A stretch of DNA of 64,000 nt from a virus. Lineage: Duplodnaviria > Caudoviricetes. How positions within the stretch are numbered: position 1 is the stretch's first letter; each line of letters starts with the position of its first letter. Both the position numbers and the translations under genes were made by a program. The notes beneath the pieces are model-generated. The model did no database searches. It was given only the letters and a program-made list of their open reading frames with translations, and was not told the DNA's origin. Positions 1-9,843 of this stretch are shown in pieces. The stretch is taken from positions 160,001-224,000 of IMG/VR virus record IMGVR_UViG_3300026549_000895, one strand, 5' to 3'.

Positions 1-51
1 ATATAAATTTTCCCAATCCATTTCATCTCACATCCTTCTCTTATTAATATT

Positions 52-1977
52 TTATAATGCTATCAGACGTGACATAGTCTGAGCACCGTATGTTTCTGGC
101 ATTACAAAATCAAACAAACCAGCAATCTGTTTATATGGTGAAAGTATCTTATCAATTGCAAATTGTTTATTGACACATTTACCTATGAAATCTGGTATTG
201 TTTTATATGACTCTGGTAATGATATATACGGATCCCTTTTCTTATTCTCATTTCCTTTCAGACACAATTGAAGCAGCCATGCTATCTTTGTATCATTTTG
301 AGCATTCTCTTCCATTAGTTGCCATGACAATGGAACAACATAAACTCGATCCATCGTCTGCATTTTCTCATCAGGGAACATGGTATTCCATATCATAGCA
401 CCATGAACATGTGCGGGTATGGATTTCTTATATGATGATGCTGGTTTAACTGAACCCTGTTTGAAATATGCCGTTGTATGACTTATCTCATTCATCAACT
501 TGTTCTGATAGAACATATAAGATTCATATATCTTTTCTGGTTGAATCTTTGAGCCAGTCAGAATATACTTATCATACAATTCTCTCATAACAGGTTCCAA
601 GAACTGAGCAGAATCTCTCTTCTTGAATGACAAACCTGTGAAGGAAATCTTGTGAGGATTACGAGGTTTACCTTCCTGAATCAATGTCGACATAGCATAC
701 ATTTTCTTCGAGTAAAGAGTCATTGCCAAGAACAGGAACTCATTCTTGAAGATGAATTTATCTCTGTAATATTTGTCCTTGATATTGCAATTCAAAGCCT
801 GATACTGAACGAACTTCGGAATTATGTTTTCAATATACAACATTCTTCCAAATGCAGATGCACACAAACATTTATCTCGGAAGGTAGGAACATCTTCCAC
901 AAACAGATACTTCAAGAAAGATGAGAAGTGAACCATAAGAGAATCAGTATCCGTTACACATACGATGCATCTCTTCATATAATCACATCGTACTTCATTA
1001 TCATCTATTAGATATGGATAGATACAATTATCCATTACTATATCGATGATTCTTGTCATAGGTGTCATTATTGGTTCAGGTATCTTTGTACCAGCACCCA
1101 TATTGTGAATTGTTTCTTCTGTCATGTTCTCAGTATCTATCATGTTCGCTTTTATATAATCCATTACTTGTTTTACTTCATTTGGAACAAGATGATGCAA
1201 AGCATATTTAACATTGAAAGCATACATCAATTTTGATAATTCTTCATGTGACAAAGTATCCAGATACATCTTCAAATACAATGAGTCATGGAAAGAAAAT
1301 TCATGAACCTTCTTTGACAGATAATTGTGAACCATATCTGGAGTGATTGAGTTCTCAACAACACGATTAGGTCTGTCTTCAGTATCATTTAATATATGAT
1401 GAATGAAGTCGTACAGCTGAGATATGTTCATCTGTATCCATTTATTAGTATTGCCCGAGCAAAGCTCCAGACAGCAAATTAATGTCGTTGTCAGGGCCTT
1501 AGCAGAGGCTGTCGTAGCGGCCGGAACATATTGATTGTAGAATGGTGATAGCGGGGTTCCAGCCCCACCATACTCGGCGTTCATAGCAATCTTAACGTTC
1601 AATTGTCCTGTATATTTCAATTTATATTCAATTGAACCTTCAGCACAATCAAACATTGCTTTCTTCTTAACTCCTCTCTTATGTTGTAGCGATTCCAACA
1701 TTTTAACTGTTGGAGCCAGAAGTTCGGCATGCTGTTTGACAAATGTTCCATTGCCGGTTATGATTGGCTGCCGTTGGTCAATGTATGACATCACATTGCT
1801 AACGGTCGTTTGTTTCTTTTTGTTTTTCGAATTATTGTGCATGACACATGGTATATCAACACCATGTTTCTCAGAGAATGCTTTTACATGTTTCATTATA
1901 TCATCCAGATTTAATTCCGGATGCATTCGATGATATAATTCCACTATCTGAGCATCATGTTTTTCGATTATATTCAT
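52..1977 (-). CDS. Family-B DNA polymerase, C-terminal (fingers/palm/thumb) subunit of a split polymerase
   Basis: Motif B KIAMNAEYG (KxxxNSxYG-like), motif C VTDTDS, and KKMYA; no exonuclease motifs and no motif A. Confidence 0.9.
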   Translation of the reverse strand: MNIIEKHDAQIVELYHRMHPELNLDDIMKHVKAFSEKHGVDIPCVMHNNSKNKKKQTTVSNVMSYIDQRQPIITGNGTFVKQHAELLAPTVKMLESLQHKRGVKKKAMFDCAEGSIEYKLKYTGQLNVKIAMNAEYGGAGTPLSPFYNQYVPAATTASAKALTTTLICCLELCSGNTNKWIQMNISQLYDFIHHILNDTEDRPNRVVENSITPDMVHNYLSKKVHEFSFHDSLYLKMYLDTLSHEELSKLMYAFNVKYALHHLVPNEVKQVMDYIKANMIDTENMTEETIHNMGAGTKIPEPIMTPMTRIIDIVMDNCIYPYLIDDNEVRCDYMKRCIVCVTDTDSLMVHFSSFLKYLFVEDVPTFRDKCLCASAFGRMLYIENIIPKFVQYQALNCNIKDKYYRDKFIFKNEFLFLAMTLYSKKMYAMSTLIQEGKPRNPHKISFTGLSFKKRDSAQFLEPVMRELYDKYILTGSKIQPEKIYESYMFYQNKLMNEISHTTAYFKQGSVKPASSYKKSIPAHVHGAMIWNTMFPDEKMQTMDRVYVVPLSWQLMEENAQNDTKIAWLLQLCLKGNENKKRDPYISLPESYKTIPDFIGKCVNKQFAIDKILSPYKQIAGLFDFVMPETYGAQTMSRLIAL

Positions 1978-2041
1978 ATAAACAAATCACCGTCCTGTAT
2001 TATTAATATTATGATTTCGAAACCGAAAGGAGTGTTCATTA

Positions 2042-2179
2042 ATGAATGACGAAAATAAGCCCTCCATCAATGGAGTTGAATTAACTTCAGGAATGTCTCT
2101 TGAAGACATTGGTATCATTGAGTTGACTCCTGAAATGGTCAACGAGTTAATCTTAGAAACCTTTGGAGTTATTCTCTGA
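2042..2179 (+). CDS. 45-aa small protein with a PSINGVEL..LEDIGI motif seen in Firmicute phage tail proteins (missed by the ORF track)
   Basis: RBS GAAAGGAG upstream of ATG at 2042; translates MNDENKPSINGVELTSGMSLEDIGIIELTPEMVNELILETFGVIL*. Confidence 0.6.
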   Translation: MNDENKPSINGVELTSGMSLEDIGIIELTPEMVNELILETFGVIL

Positions 2180-2270
2180 TCATATCATAAATGAAACACA
2201 TACTGTTGTCGTTTCGGAATAATGATATAAATATGAAAATTAAATTCACGAAGAAAGTGAGGAGTAAATA

Positions 2271-4331
2271 ATGCTTGATTTTATTAGAAAGCAACTCGGT
2301 GCTGAAGACCTTATTCAGGAAAGCAACATTGCTACTGATGCCATAGTTGATACCGATAATTCTCTTGTCGTTGAATATGCTCATCTTTTTCAGGAGTTGA
2401 GTGAAGTAAGCGAAGAAGGAAATGTGGATGAAGTTTCTGAGAGAGGTCGTATCGGTGGAGTTGATATTTCACTCGAAGATGATATCGATGTTGAAACTGA
2501 TATTTTCGAATATGATCCCACCAGAGGTAGCGTTGTTGATATTCCGAAGGATGCTACAAAGAATTCCATCGAAACCGAGAGTGCTGAGATGAAGACCTAC
2601 GATGAGTTCTTCACAGAGGCTTATGAGAACAGCCAAAGATTCGAAAGAGAATCTGAAGAGAATCATATCTCTCGTATTAGAAGAAAGGCAAGCAAGCTCT
2701 ATCAGGAATATGTTGATAAGTGCTACCAGGAAGGTCTCTTCGGTTTCGGTGAGATGGATATCAATGATGCCAGAGTTCCTGCCGCTATCGCATTTGATTT
2801 CGGTTCTGCTTGTGGCATGTCACCCACAATGGTTCAGGTGCCTTTCAAGTACATTACAACCGAAAGACGCGGTAAGAGAATGATTACAAAAGCTCAGTGT
2901 GAATGTGCTACATTGCTTGTTAATAATCCTGAACTTACAAATGCTATCATAGCTGACGCTGTAAATCAATTTAAACAGAACTTCTCTGAAAGATTCGGAG
3001 GAAAGAATGTCAATGAAATACTGATGTTCCAGTTCATCGGTATTCCTAAGCAGGAATCAAATGATGAATATAGAATTTACATTGCGGCAGATACTGGCAT
3101 TGCTGGTATGGCTAACTTCGATATGGTATATACGATTATAAAACCCGGACACAGAAGTTCTAATATTACGGCTTTCCCGGGTGCAGCTCCATATACAACA
3201 AACGATGGTCACACATTCACACTAATTAATCCTACAGAAACTGATTTCAGCAACAGATTCAACACAAAGGATTTCTTAACAAAGAACGAATGTGTTCAAC
3301 TTGAGTATGAAGTAAACCGTCCCAGAAGATTCGATGATTCTTTCTATGAGGAAGCTATCGACTTCGAAGAAGGTGGAAATGATGATGAAGGAAACGAAGA
3401 CACTTCTTCCTCTGATGATTCATCAGAATCAAATGATGATGAGAAGAAGAGTGTTGATACCAACGACGTATCTGATGAGATAGTCGAGAAGGTTTCTTCC
3501 AATGAGGAAGATGGAGCGGATGTTGACGAAGGCAATGATGATTCTTCAAATGATGAAGGCGACGAAGGAGCTTCTATCGATGACAGTGGAGATGAATCCA
3601 ATGGATCCAGCGAAGACGAAGGCGATGAATCAAACGTTGATGATGAACTCAATGAACTTGATGACACATTAGAAGACTCTGGTGATATGAATGTAGATGA
3701 TGACGATGATCTGAATACAGAAGGTTCATCTTCTATGGATATCGAAAAGATGACAGTTGCTGAACTTCTCGAGGAAGGTGAGAACAAGCTCAAGGGAATG
3801 ACTCTTGAACAGCTCAAGAAATTCATCTCTGGCGGAAATACTACATCCGAAGATGAAGGTGATGATTCATCTTTAAGTGATGAGACTTCTACCGAAGAAA
3901 GAGAAGGTGACGAAGAAGTTCCTGAGTCTGGTGATGATGCAGGTCTTCCTTCATCCGACAATCCTGATGATGACAAAACAGATGTTGAGTTAGAGGCTTT
4001 CGTTCTTACTCCCAAGAACATAAACTCTGAACTCGATATCAACATCAGAAACTGTCTGGGTATACTCAATGATTCAGACATTTCTTCTTCCGAAATATTC
4101 AGCAAATTCAGAAAGGCTTCCAAGAAACTCAACAAGGTTTCTGCAAAAGCAAGTAACATGAGCAAGGTTTATACTGATAATGAAAGAAAGACCATCGGCG
4201 ATATGAACAAAGCTCTTGTTAACTTAACACTTGAATTACGTTCAAAGGAAGTTGCTTCCGTTAAGGAAAAAATGAAAGCCTTTGTAAATGCGGCTGCAGC
4301 AGTCGGAAAGATTGTTGAATCTAAAAAGTAA
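2271..4331 (+). CDS. Highly acidic putative inner-head/scaffold protein
   Basis: Long D/E/S-rich tracts; several hydrophobic-X-E/[AS] sites (LIQES, IETES, FFTEA, FYEEA, VELEA); RBS GAGGAG. Confidence 0.55.
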   Translation: MLDFIRKQLGAEDLIQESNIATDAIVDTDNSLVVEYAHLFQELSEVSEEGNVDEVSERGRIGGVDISLEDDIDVETDIFEYDPTRGSVVDIPKDATKNSIETESAEMKTYDEFFTEAYENSQRFERESEENHISRIRRKASKLYQEYVDKCYQEGLFGFGEMDINDARVPAAIAFDFGSACGMSPTMVQVPFKYITTERRGKRMITKAQCECATLLVNNPELTNAIIADAVNQFKQNFSERFGGKNVNEILMFQFIGIPKQESNDEYRIYIAADTGIAGMANFDMVYTIIKPGHRSSNITAFPGAAPYTTNDGHTFTLINPTETDFSNRFNTKDFLTKNECVQLEYEVNRPRRFDDSFYEEAIDFEEGGNDDEGNEDTSSSDDSSESNDDEKKSVDTNDVSDEIVEKVSSNEEDGADVDEGNDDSSNDEGDEGASIDDSGDESNGSSEDEGDESNVDDELNELDDTLEDSGDMNVDDDDDLNTEGSSSMDIEKMTVAELLEEGENKLKGMTLEQLKKFISGGNTTSEDEGDDSSLSDETSTEEREGDEEVPESGDDAGLPSSDNPDDDKTDVELEAFVLTPKNINSELDINIRNCLGILNDSDISSSEIFSKFRKASKKLNKVSAKASNMSKVYTDNERKTIGDMNKALVNLTLELRSKEVASVKEKMKAFVNAAAAVGKIVESKK

Positions 4332-4349
4332 AAGAAAGGAGAATATACA

Positions 4350-5126
4350 ATGCCAGAGAATAATGATATCAAAGCCAAACTTCAGGCTATCATAAATAAC
4401 ACTTCAGATGGTGATTCATCTATTGTGAATCCTGATACTGGAGCTAATGGCTTTTCTACAGGTATGACCAAGAGAGCTGATAGGAATCTCATTAGAGAAA
4501 AGCTTTCTCTTGATGTACTGAGTGATCTCGTTCATGCTATGATGCATGATGAAACCAACGAAGATCTTGATAGAATGATAGATGACAGAATCATGGCTCA
4601 TATACACAATGACTATCAGGGTACTTGTTCTTCATATCTGTGTAAGGCTTACCAGAATACCAATGACGATATGATCGCAAATATCATTCAGGAAATCGAA
4701 GACGAAACTGAAACTATTGCAAATAAGCTTGATGATCCTAACGATAATTCTGAAATCGATACTTCTGCTTTGTTAGCAGGTGTTGATAATTATGAGGAAC
4801 TTCGTAAGCGTCTGAAAGAAGAGGTTTCTAAGAGAGTTGTCAATGACGTTGCAAAGGTAATAAAGAATCATGATGATTCTCCTACCTTTGAAGGTATTGA
4901 CGAGAAACTCAAGAAAGCTGATGAACCTGGTGATCCCGATGCTCTGAAGGAGTCTGCTATCATCACAATGAGCGGAGCAATCGTTGTTGAATATGCTCTT
5001 AAGGGTGAACAGATTTCGACAGAGGAATCTTTGAATATGGCAATCGTTGAGTATTGTATCAATCAGATGGACTGGTTGTTCAAACAAAAGTGTGTTGCTG
5101 ATATTCATTCAAAATACGGCGTATAA
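4350..5126 (+). CDS. Hypothetical protein, probably virion-associated
   Basis: RBS AAAGGAG; follows 2271..4331 on the same strand; ALKES site. Confidence 0.5.
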   Translation: MPENNDIKAKLQAIINNTSDGDSSIVNPDTGANGFSTGMTKRADRNLIREKLSLDVLSDLVHAMMHDETNEDLDRMIDDRIMAHIHNDYQGTCSSYLCKAYQNTNDDMIANIIQEIEDETETIANKLDDPNDNSEIDTSALLAGVDNYEELRKRLKEEVSKRVVNDVAKVIKNHDDSPTFEGIDEKLKKADEPGDPDALKESAIITMSGAIVVEYALKGEQISTEESLNMAIVEYCINQMDWLFKQKCVADIHSKYGV

Positions 5127-5151
5127 AAAGAAAAAATATTTTTGAAACAAA

Positions 5152-5175
5152 GTCACCCCGCATATGCGGGGTGAC
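5152..5175. terminator. GC hairpin between convergent genes
   Basis: Perfect palindrome GTCACCCCGCATATGCGGGGTGAC. Confidence 0.75.
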
Positions 5176-5185
5176 AATATTTCGT

Positions 5186-6292
5186 TTACTTCTTTTTCTT
5201 GAAGAGTCTTTTGAACCAAGACTCTTTCTTTTTCGGTTTGATATCACCAAACAGGAATTCTGTTGTATGGAATCCAGCAGCGCCCTTATGACCACCACCG
5301 CCATATTCCTCGGCAATCTTTGAAAGATCAATATCAGGATTTTTCTTAATATCAGCATAGATTGAATATACGAAATCAGTGCCATTATAAGACCATTTAC
5401 AAACAGCCTGATGATTATCATATTCTTCTCCAAAGATAGTAGAATTACCCAGAGCTTCGTTCATTACATAGAAATCAATTCCTCTGAATGTATACTGATA
5501 TCCAATACTTTCTCTGAGCTGTTGTGAACGATTATTCTCAATAGTCATAATACGTTCACCCTCAAGGCACATATCACTCAGTGACTTTCTTGAATTGAAA
5601 GCATCAAACCATATAAAGGAAAGAACTCCTTTAGAACCTTTGTCCGCCATAGCATAGTATGTAGCAAACTGTTTTGATTGATGGAACTTGTGTTCCCATA
5701 TATCATTATCGGATACATATCTAACAATGTCAGGAACTCTGTACTCATCAGCCTTTTCATACTCTTCCTCTGTTGCATAGATATTAAACTTGAAGAAACA
5801 TCTATCATCAGAGAAGTCCCATATATCCGGTATGTGATCATAGCCGACTTCATCAATCTTTTCCTGAACACCATTTGTTGAGAGAACATATGTCCATACC
5901 CAGCACAAGAATGCTGCAGATACTTTTGAATCCATGAACGGTGTATAATGACCATTACAATCATCAATGAATTCTTTGGCTTCTTTTGTTTCTATCCATG
6001 ACAAGGAAGTTGTATGATGATCGATGTGAATGATCTTGTCACACTCTTTCTTGACTAAGAACTTGATGAGTTCCTTGATTTCCTCGCAGATGGAAAGATC
6101 TGTGATGTATACAGTTGCATCCTTGATGACATCGTCTCCGAGATCATAGAGTTCCTGTGAGATGCCATGGTAACTATAATAGAATACCAATGGCTGTGTG
6201 AACGGATCTTTCGTTGTATAATTAGCAACGATGTGACCAGATAGGTGTCCATCAGCATCTGTATGAGTTAATATAATGAATGTATTTTTCAT
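5186..6292 (-). CDS. DHH/DHHA1 family phosphoesterase
   Basis: HTDADG, TDLS, IDHH and GGGGHKGAAG motifs; start placed at 6292 (ATGA overlap with the thyX stop). Confidence 0.9.
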   Translation of the reverse strand: MKNTFIILTHTDADGHLSGHIVANYTTKDPFTQPLVFYYSYHGISQELYDLGDDVIKDATVYITDLSICEEIKELIKFLVKKECDKIIHIDHHTTSLSWIETKEAKEFIDDCNGHYTPFMDSKVSAAFLCWVWTYVLSTNGVQEKIDEVGYDHIPDIWDFSDDRCFFKFNIYATEEEYEKADEYRVPDIVRYVSDNDIWEHKFHQSKQFATYYAMADKGSKGVLSFIWFDAFNSRKSLSDMCLEGERIMTIENNRSQQLRESIGYQYTFRGIDFYVMNEALGNSTIFGEEYDNHQAVCKWSYNGTDFVYSIYADIKKNPDIDLSKIAEEYGGGGHKGAAGFHTTEFLFGDIKPKKKESWFKRLFKKKK

Positions 6293-6999
6293 TGTATCTG
6301 CGGCTCCTTTATATATTTTCTCCATCTGCCATTATCAAGATGGGCTTTGTAGAATTCCTCATCATATTCAATCTTATCAAAGAATACAGGAAGCTTTTCT
6401 TTAAGATAGAACAGAATTGGAATCATTATTCTTTTCATATCAGGATGGGCTCCCTTTCCACATCTGAGCATAAGAGTCTCTATCCAGTTACGGATGTTCT
6501 TCGTAACTGCAATCTTTGAAGATAAACAGTTGGGAAGAATTGCTCTTGCATCTTCAGGTTTGCACTTCTTCTCAATAAGTGCACTGTAATTCTCGATATC
6601 CTGTTTACAAGACTCCAAGAATATCTTCTGGAACTCTTGCATCTGTTCAACTGAATATCTGCCAGGTTCATAGAAATTGATTGGCATGATAAAATCAGTA
6701 CACTTCGTATATCTTGTTGACTGAGCTGAATATGAACTGATTCTGTGACGAACCAACTCAAGCTGTATTGCTCTATCAATCTGAAGTATAAATGTGATAG
6801 AGCAATGCTCTGTTACTGACAGATGTCCTCTTGAAACGATTCCTCTCAAGAAAGTTTCGGGATCACCCTTTGACTCTGACAGATAACAAATCCTGCCCAT
6901 TGTTTCAAGTTTCTTCATGATTTTATATGGATCAAGTTCATCCATATCATATGGGGTTGCTGAAGGTAAATATAAATTAATTGTTTCTAATGACATCAA
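6289..6999 (-). CDS. thyX: FAD-dependent thymidylate synthase
   Basis: GHLSVTEH, RHRISSYSAQSTRY (RHRx7SxR signature), DARAILPN, NIRNW. Confidence 0.95.
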   Translation of the reverse strand: MMSLETINLYLPSATPYDMDELDPYKIMKKLETMGRICYLSESKGDPETFLRGIVSRGHLSVTEHCSITFILQIDRAIQLELVRHRISSYSAQSTRYTKCTDFIMPINFYEPGRYSVEQMQEFQKIFLESCKQDIENYSALIEKKCKPEDARAILPNCLSSKIAVTKNIRNWIETLMLRCGKGAHPDMKRIMIPILFYLKEKLPVFFDKIEYDEEFYKAHLDNGRWRKYIKEPQIQ

Positions 7000-7036
7000 G
7001 CATCATCGTCCTTTCAAAGTTAATATTTTATTGTAT

Positions 7037-7627
7037 TCAAGACCTTTCAAATTTACAATAGATGACATGATTAACCATGTTAACAAGTCTTGTTATTGTC
7101 AATATCGAAACTTTAAAGTCTTTCTTTTCCTCATCGGTTGCTGTCATATATTTGTTTATCAATGTATAGATATTAATGACGACCGTAGGCTTAAAGAACT
7201 CCGTCAGTTTTTCTTTAATCATCTGAGGAGTTATCTTAAAATAATCAAGAACGAAATCCAATATGTAGTTGAAATCCTTGTTCTTGGTATTATCAAATTC
7301 GAAACGCTGAATAAGCTTAGAACCATCTGGTTCATAAATCTCAAAATAACACTTTAACTTCTGAGATTCTTTGATTGTCTTCATAACACTTCTCAACTTA
7401 GAACATGAAATAGTTCTTGTTGAAGAATTCATCATGTTGACCAAACCATCATCCAGTGAAGAATGAAGGATGACACCATCGTTCATGATGGCATTAACGA
7501 GTGCCCACATAATGATGTCACACTGTTTCTTTTTAGAAACATCTATTTCTTTTAGCTCATTTGTTAAATCACGTAAATGATTAACTGCTTCTGGACTCAT
7601 CAATTTCGTAGCTTCCTCTATCGTCAT
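7037..7627 (-). CDS. Hypothetical protein
   Basis: 196-aa ORF with RBS AGGAGG. Confidence 0.6.
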   Translation of the reverse strand: MTIEEATKLMSPEAVNHLRDLTNELKEIDVSKKKQCDIIMWALVNAIMNDGVILHSSLDDGLVNMMNSSTRTISCSKLRSVMKTIKESQKLKCYFEIYEPDGSKLIQRFEFDNTKNKDFNYILDFVLDYFKITPQMIKEKLTEFFKPTVVINIYTLINKYMTATDEEKKDFKVSILTITRLVNMVNHVIYCKFERS

Positions 7628-7651
7628 AACTAAACCTCCTATCTAAAAAGT

Positions 7652-7674
7652 ATCCCCCGGAATATCCGGGGGAT
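7652..7674. terminator. GC hairpin (CCCCGG family)
   Basis: ATCCCCCGGA-ATA-TCCGGGGGAT. Confidence 0.7.
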
Positions 7675-7680
7675 TGTAAA

Positions 7681-7878
7681 TTACTTATCCGATGATATTG
7701 TTTTGAAATCATTCACGTCATCGTTGATACTTGGATAATCAACTCCAACTGTGAGTTTGCGATACTCATCCATCGATTTCGATTTCAGATACTTGTGCTT
7801 TTTAGATTCTCCAAGCTTCTCTGCGAAGGTACTTGCTTCTGATCTGTTTTCTGGAATATTAACTCCCATCGATATCAC
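7681..7878 (-). CDS. Small hypothetical protein
   Basis: Short ORF whose start overlaps the stop of the upstream gene; GGAGG upstream. Confidence 0.45.
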   Translation of the reverse strand: MISMGVNIPENRSEASTFAEKLGESKKHKYLKSKSMDEYRKLTVGVDYPSINDDVNDFKTISSDK

Positions 7879-8252
7879 CTCCGATCATTATGTGGTGGAT
7901 TGAACATTGCCATGTCAATCAACCATCCGAATTTATAGATATGCTCCATCTTGAAATCCTCGTATGATAAAAATTCGAGGAATCCAAGCATAGCATATAA
8001 CGCAATATACAAATCTCTGTCCTGATATGTTCCACTAATATCTGAGAGATTGCATATTGTTTCTGTCTGAAGATTGTAATTGATTTGAACATTCTCTTTT
8101 GATTTGTTTGAATAAATCAGAAAAGACATCACACCTTTTGGATCTTCTGACATATGACAATACATATCATGACCCAAATTGATTACTTTATTTTCATCAT
8201 CATAATCAAAATGAGCTTCATAGAACTTACGCATGAATTCTTTTTTCGTCAT
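7875..8252 (-). CDS. Hypothetical protein
   Basis: RBS GAAAGGAG before ATG at 8252; preceded by a candidate early promoter motif. Confidence 0.6.
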   Translation of the reverse strand: MTKKEFMRKFYEAHFDYDDENKVINLGHDMYCHMSEDPKGVMSFLIYSNKSKENVQINYNLQTETICNLSDISGTYQDRDLYIALYAMLGFLEFLSYEDFKMEHIYKFGWLIDMAMFNPPHNDRR

Positions 8253-8298
8253 ATTTGACACTCCTTTCAAGATATATTATCACACTAATGATATATAT

Positions 8299-9786
8299 TT
8301 AAAAGATATCAAATTGCAATTCGGACATGCTTAAAGCCAATGTCTTTATTGTCTTTGAACGAAGCTTGGCAAATATCACATCCATCTTTACAGAGTCATC
8401 TATAATATCATAGTAGCCGCAAGTCTTTCCATAGTAACGAAGTCGACCAAATACTTGCTCGGTCGTTATCTTTGATTTGAAAGGTGAGCAGCATATGATG
8501 TCTGTTAAGCCGGGGATATCTTTACCAGTTCCACACGATAAGATTGTGGAAATGATAACATCACATCTTCCTGTGTGTTCATTTTCCGCTTTTGAATTGT
8601 GTGAATTTATTGTGCCAATTCTCAAATCATAATCAAAGGATTGATCTTTGTTGAGATGAGTGTTTATGAAAAATCTTAAGTCTTCACATAATTCAATCAA
8701 AGGCATGAATATCAATACTTTAGCATGTTCATCTCTTGTGAATATCATACGCAATAATTCATTTATTGCATTGAAATGAACATGTCTTCTATCTCGTTTT
8801 ATAACAGCCTTTCCATACTTGGTTGCATTCATTCCACGACCATTTTCAAGTTGATACTTAGAGACATTGAATGGAACATGAGTGTTGACATGAATACAGC
8901 AATATTCAATCCATTTCCTTTTATGTTTTGCATTCTTTGTAAATTTTATGGCTTTTGTGAATACATGTCCGAATATAGCATTTTCATCTTTTGAAGAACG
9001 TCCATCAGTTGCAGTCAGATATAGATTTCTTTTTATATTCATGGACATGTCTATGAGTATGATATTGTGAAACTCCAAATGAGCTTCATCTATTATTTTC
9101 AAACCTATACCAAGATTCTCAATTGCTTTTGCTATTCGTTCAAAACAACCGCCGACGGCTTTTAATGCGAAACGAAATGTCTGATGTGATAACAAATATA
9201 CATCAGCCAAATCAAGTTCTAATTCCTCAGCAGCCAAAAAATCTTCTGTCGTTAAAGTATGAATATCAGAGTCTGCCATACCTATCTTCTCGATAAGTGT
9301 TGCTCTCCATTGTTTAAGCAATTCTGCTCTATGGCAAATGATGAGAGTTTTCTTTTTATATAAAACAGCTCCAACACATGATGTGTAGGTTTTACCAGTA
9401 CCAACAGCACTTACCATGAATATTTGGGGAGAGTTTTTAGTTCTTGCCCATTCATTTGAAGCTGATACAAAGTTAATCATTTCAACCTGTTCTTCATCAC
9501 GAGGAGGAATGATTTCTTCGTATTCAAATAACATATCAGCTGGTTCCGGAGCTTCATGCACTGTAACTTTGGCATCAACCAAAGTCTTTTTGATATATTC
9601 AACATCAACACCTTTGTTGAAATATAACATGTCTTGTTGCTCATTAATTACATATCCAAGCGTATTTATGACTTCTTCATATTCATCTTCATATTCAAAT
9701 AACTCAAGAAGCTTTCCTAATTTAATAGACGCTTCCTTTGCATTTGATACTGATATATGTGTTGGATATACATTTATCTCAAACAC
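8299..9786 (-). CDS. Superfamily 2 DNA helicase (UvsW/ResIII-like)
   Basis: Walker A VGTGKT, DEAH, LTAT, GTGKDIPGL, QVFGRLR. Confidence 0.9.
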   Translation of the reverse strand: MFEINVYPTHISVSNAKEASIKLGKLLELFEYEDEYEEVINTLGYVINEQQDMLYFNKGVDVEYIKKTLVDAKVTVHEAPEPADMLFEYEEIIPPRDEEQVEMINFVSASNEWARTKNSPQIFMVSAVGTGKTYTSCVGAVLYKKKTLIICHRAELLKQWRATLIEKIGMADSDIHTLTTEDFLAAEELELDLADVYLLSHQTFRFALKAVGGCFERIAKAIENLGIGLKIIDEAHLEFHNIILIDMSMNIKRNLYLTATDGRSSKDENAIFGHVFTKAIKFTKNAKHKRKWIEYCCIHVNTHVPFNVSKYQLENGRGMNATKYGKAVIKRDRRHVHFNAINELLRMIFTRDEHAKVLIFMPLIELCEDLRFFINTHLNKDQSFDYDLRIGTINSHNSKAENEHTGRCDVIISTILSCGTGKDIPGLTDIICCSPFKSKITTEQVFGRLRYYGKTCGYYDIIDDSVKMDVIFAKLRSKTIKTLALSMSELQFDIF

Positions 9787-9811
9787 GAAATTTCTCCTTT
9801 CGTATTATATT

Positions 9812-9835
9812 TCCCCGGAGAATATTCTCCGGGGA
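9812..9835. terminator. GC hairpin (CCCCGG family)
   Basis: Perfect palindrome TCCCCGGAGAATATTCTCCGGGGA. Confidence 0.7.
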
Positions 9836-9843
9836 TATTGAGT

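Noticed and set aside
3344-4165. 273-aa Ser-rich antisense ORF
   Set aside because: Mirror image of the GAT/GAA-rich acidic tract on the plus strand
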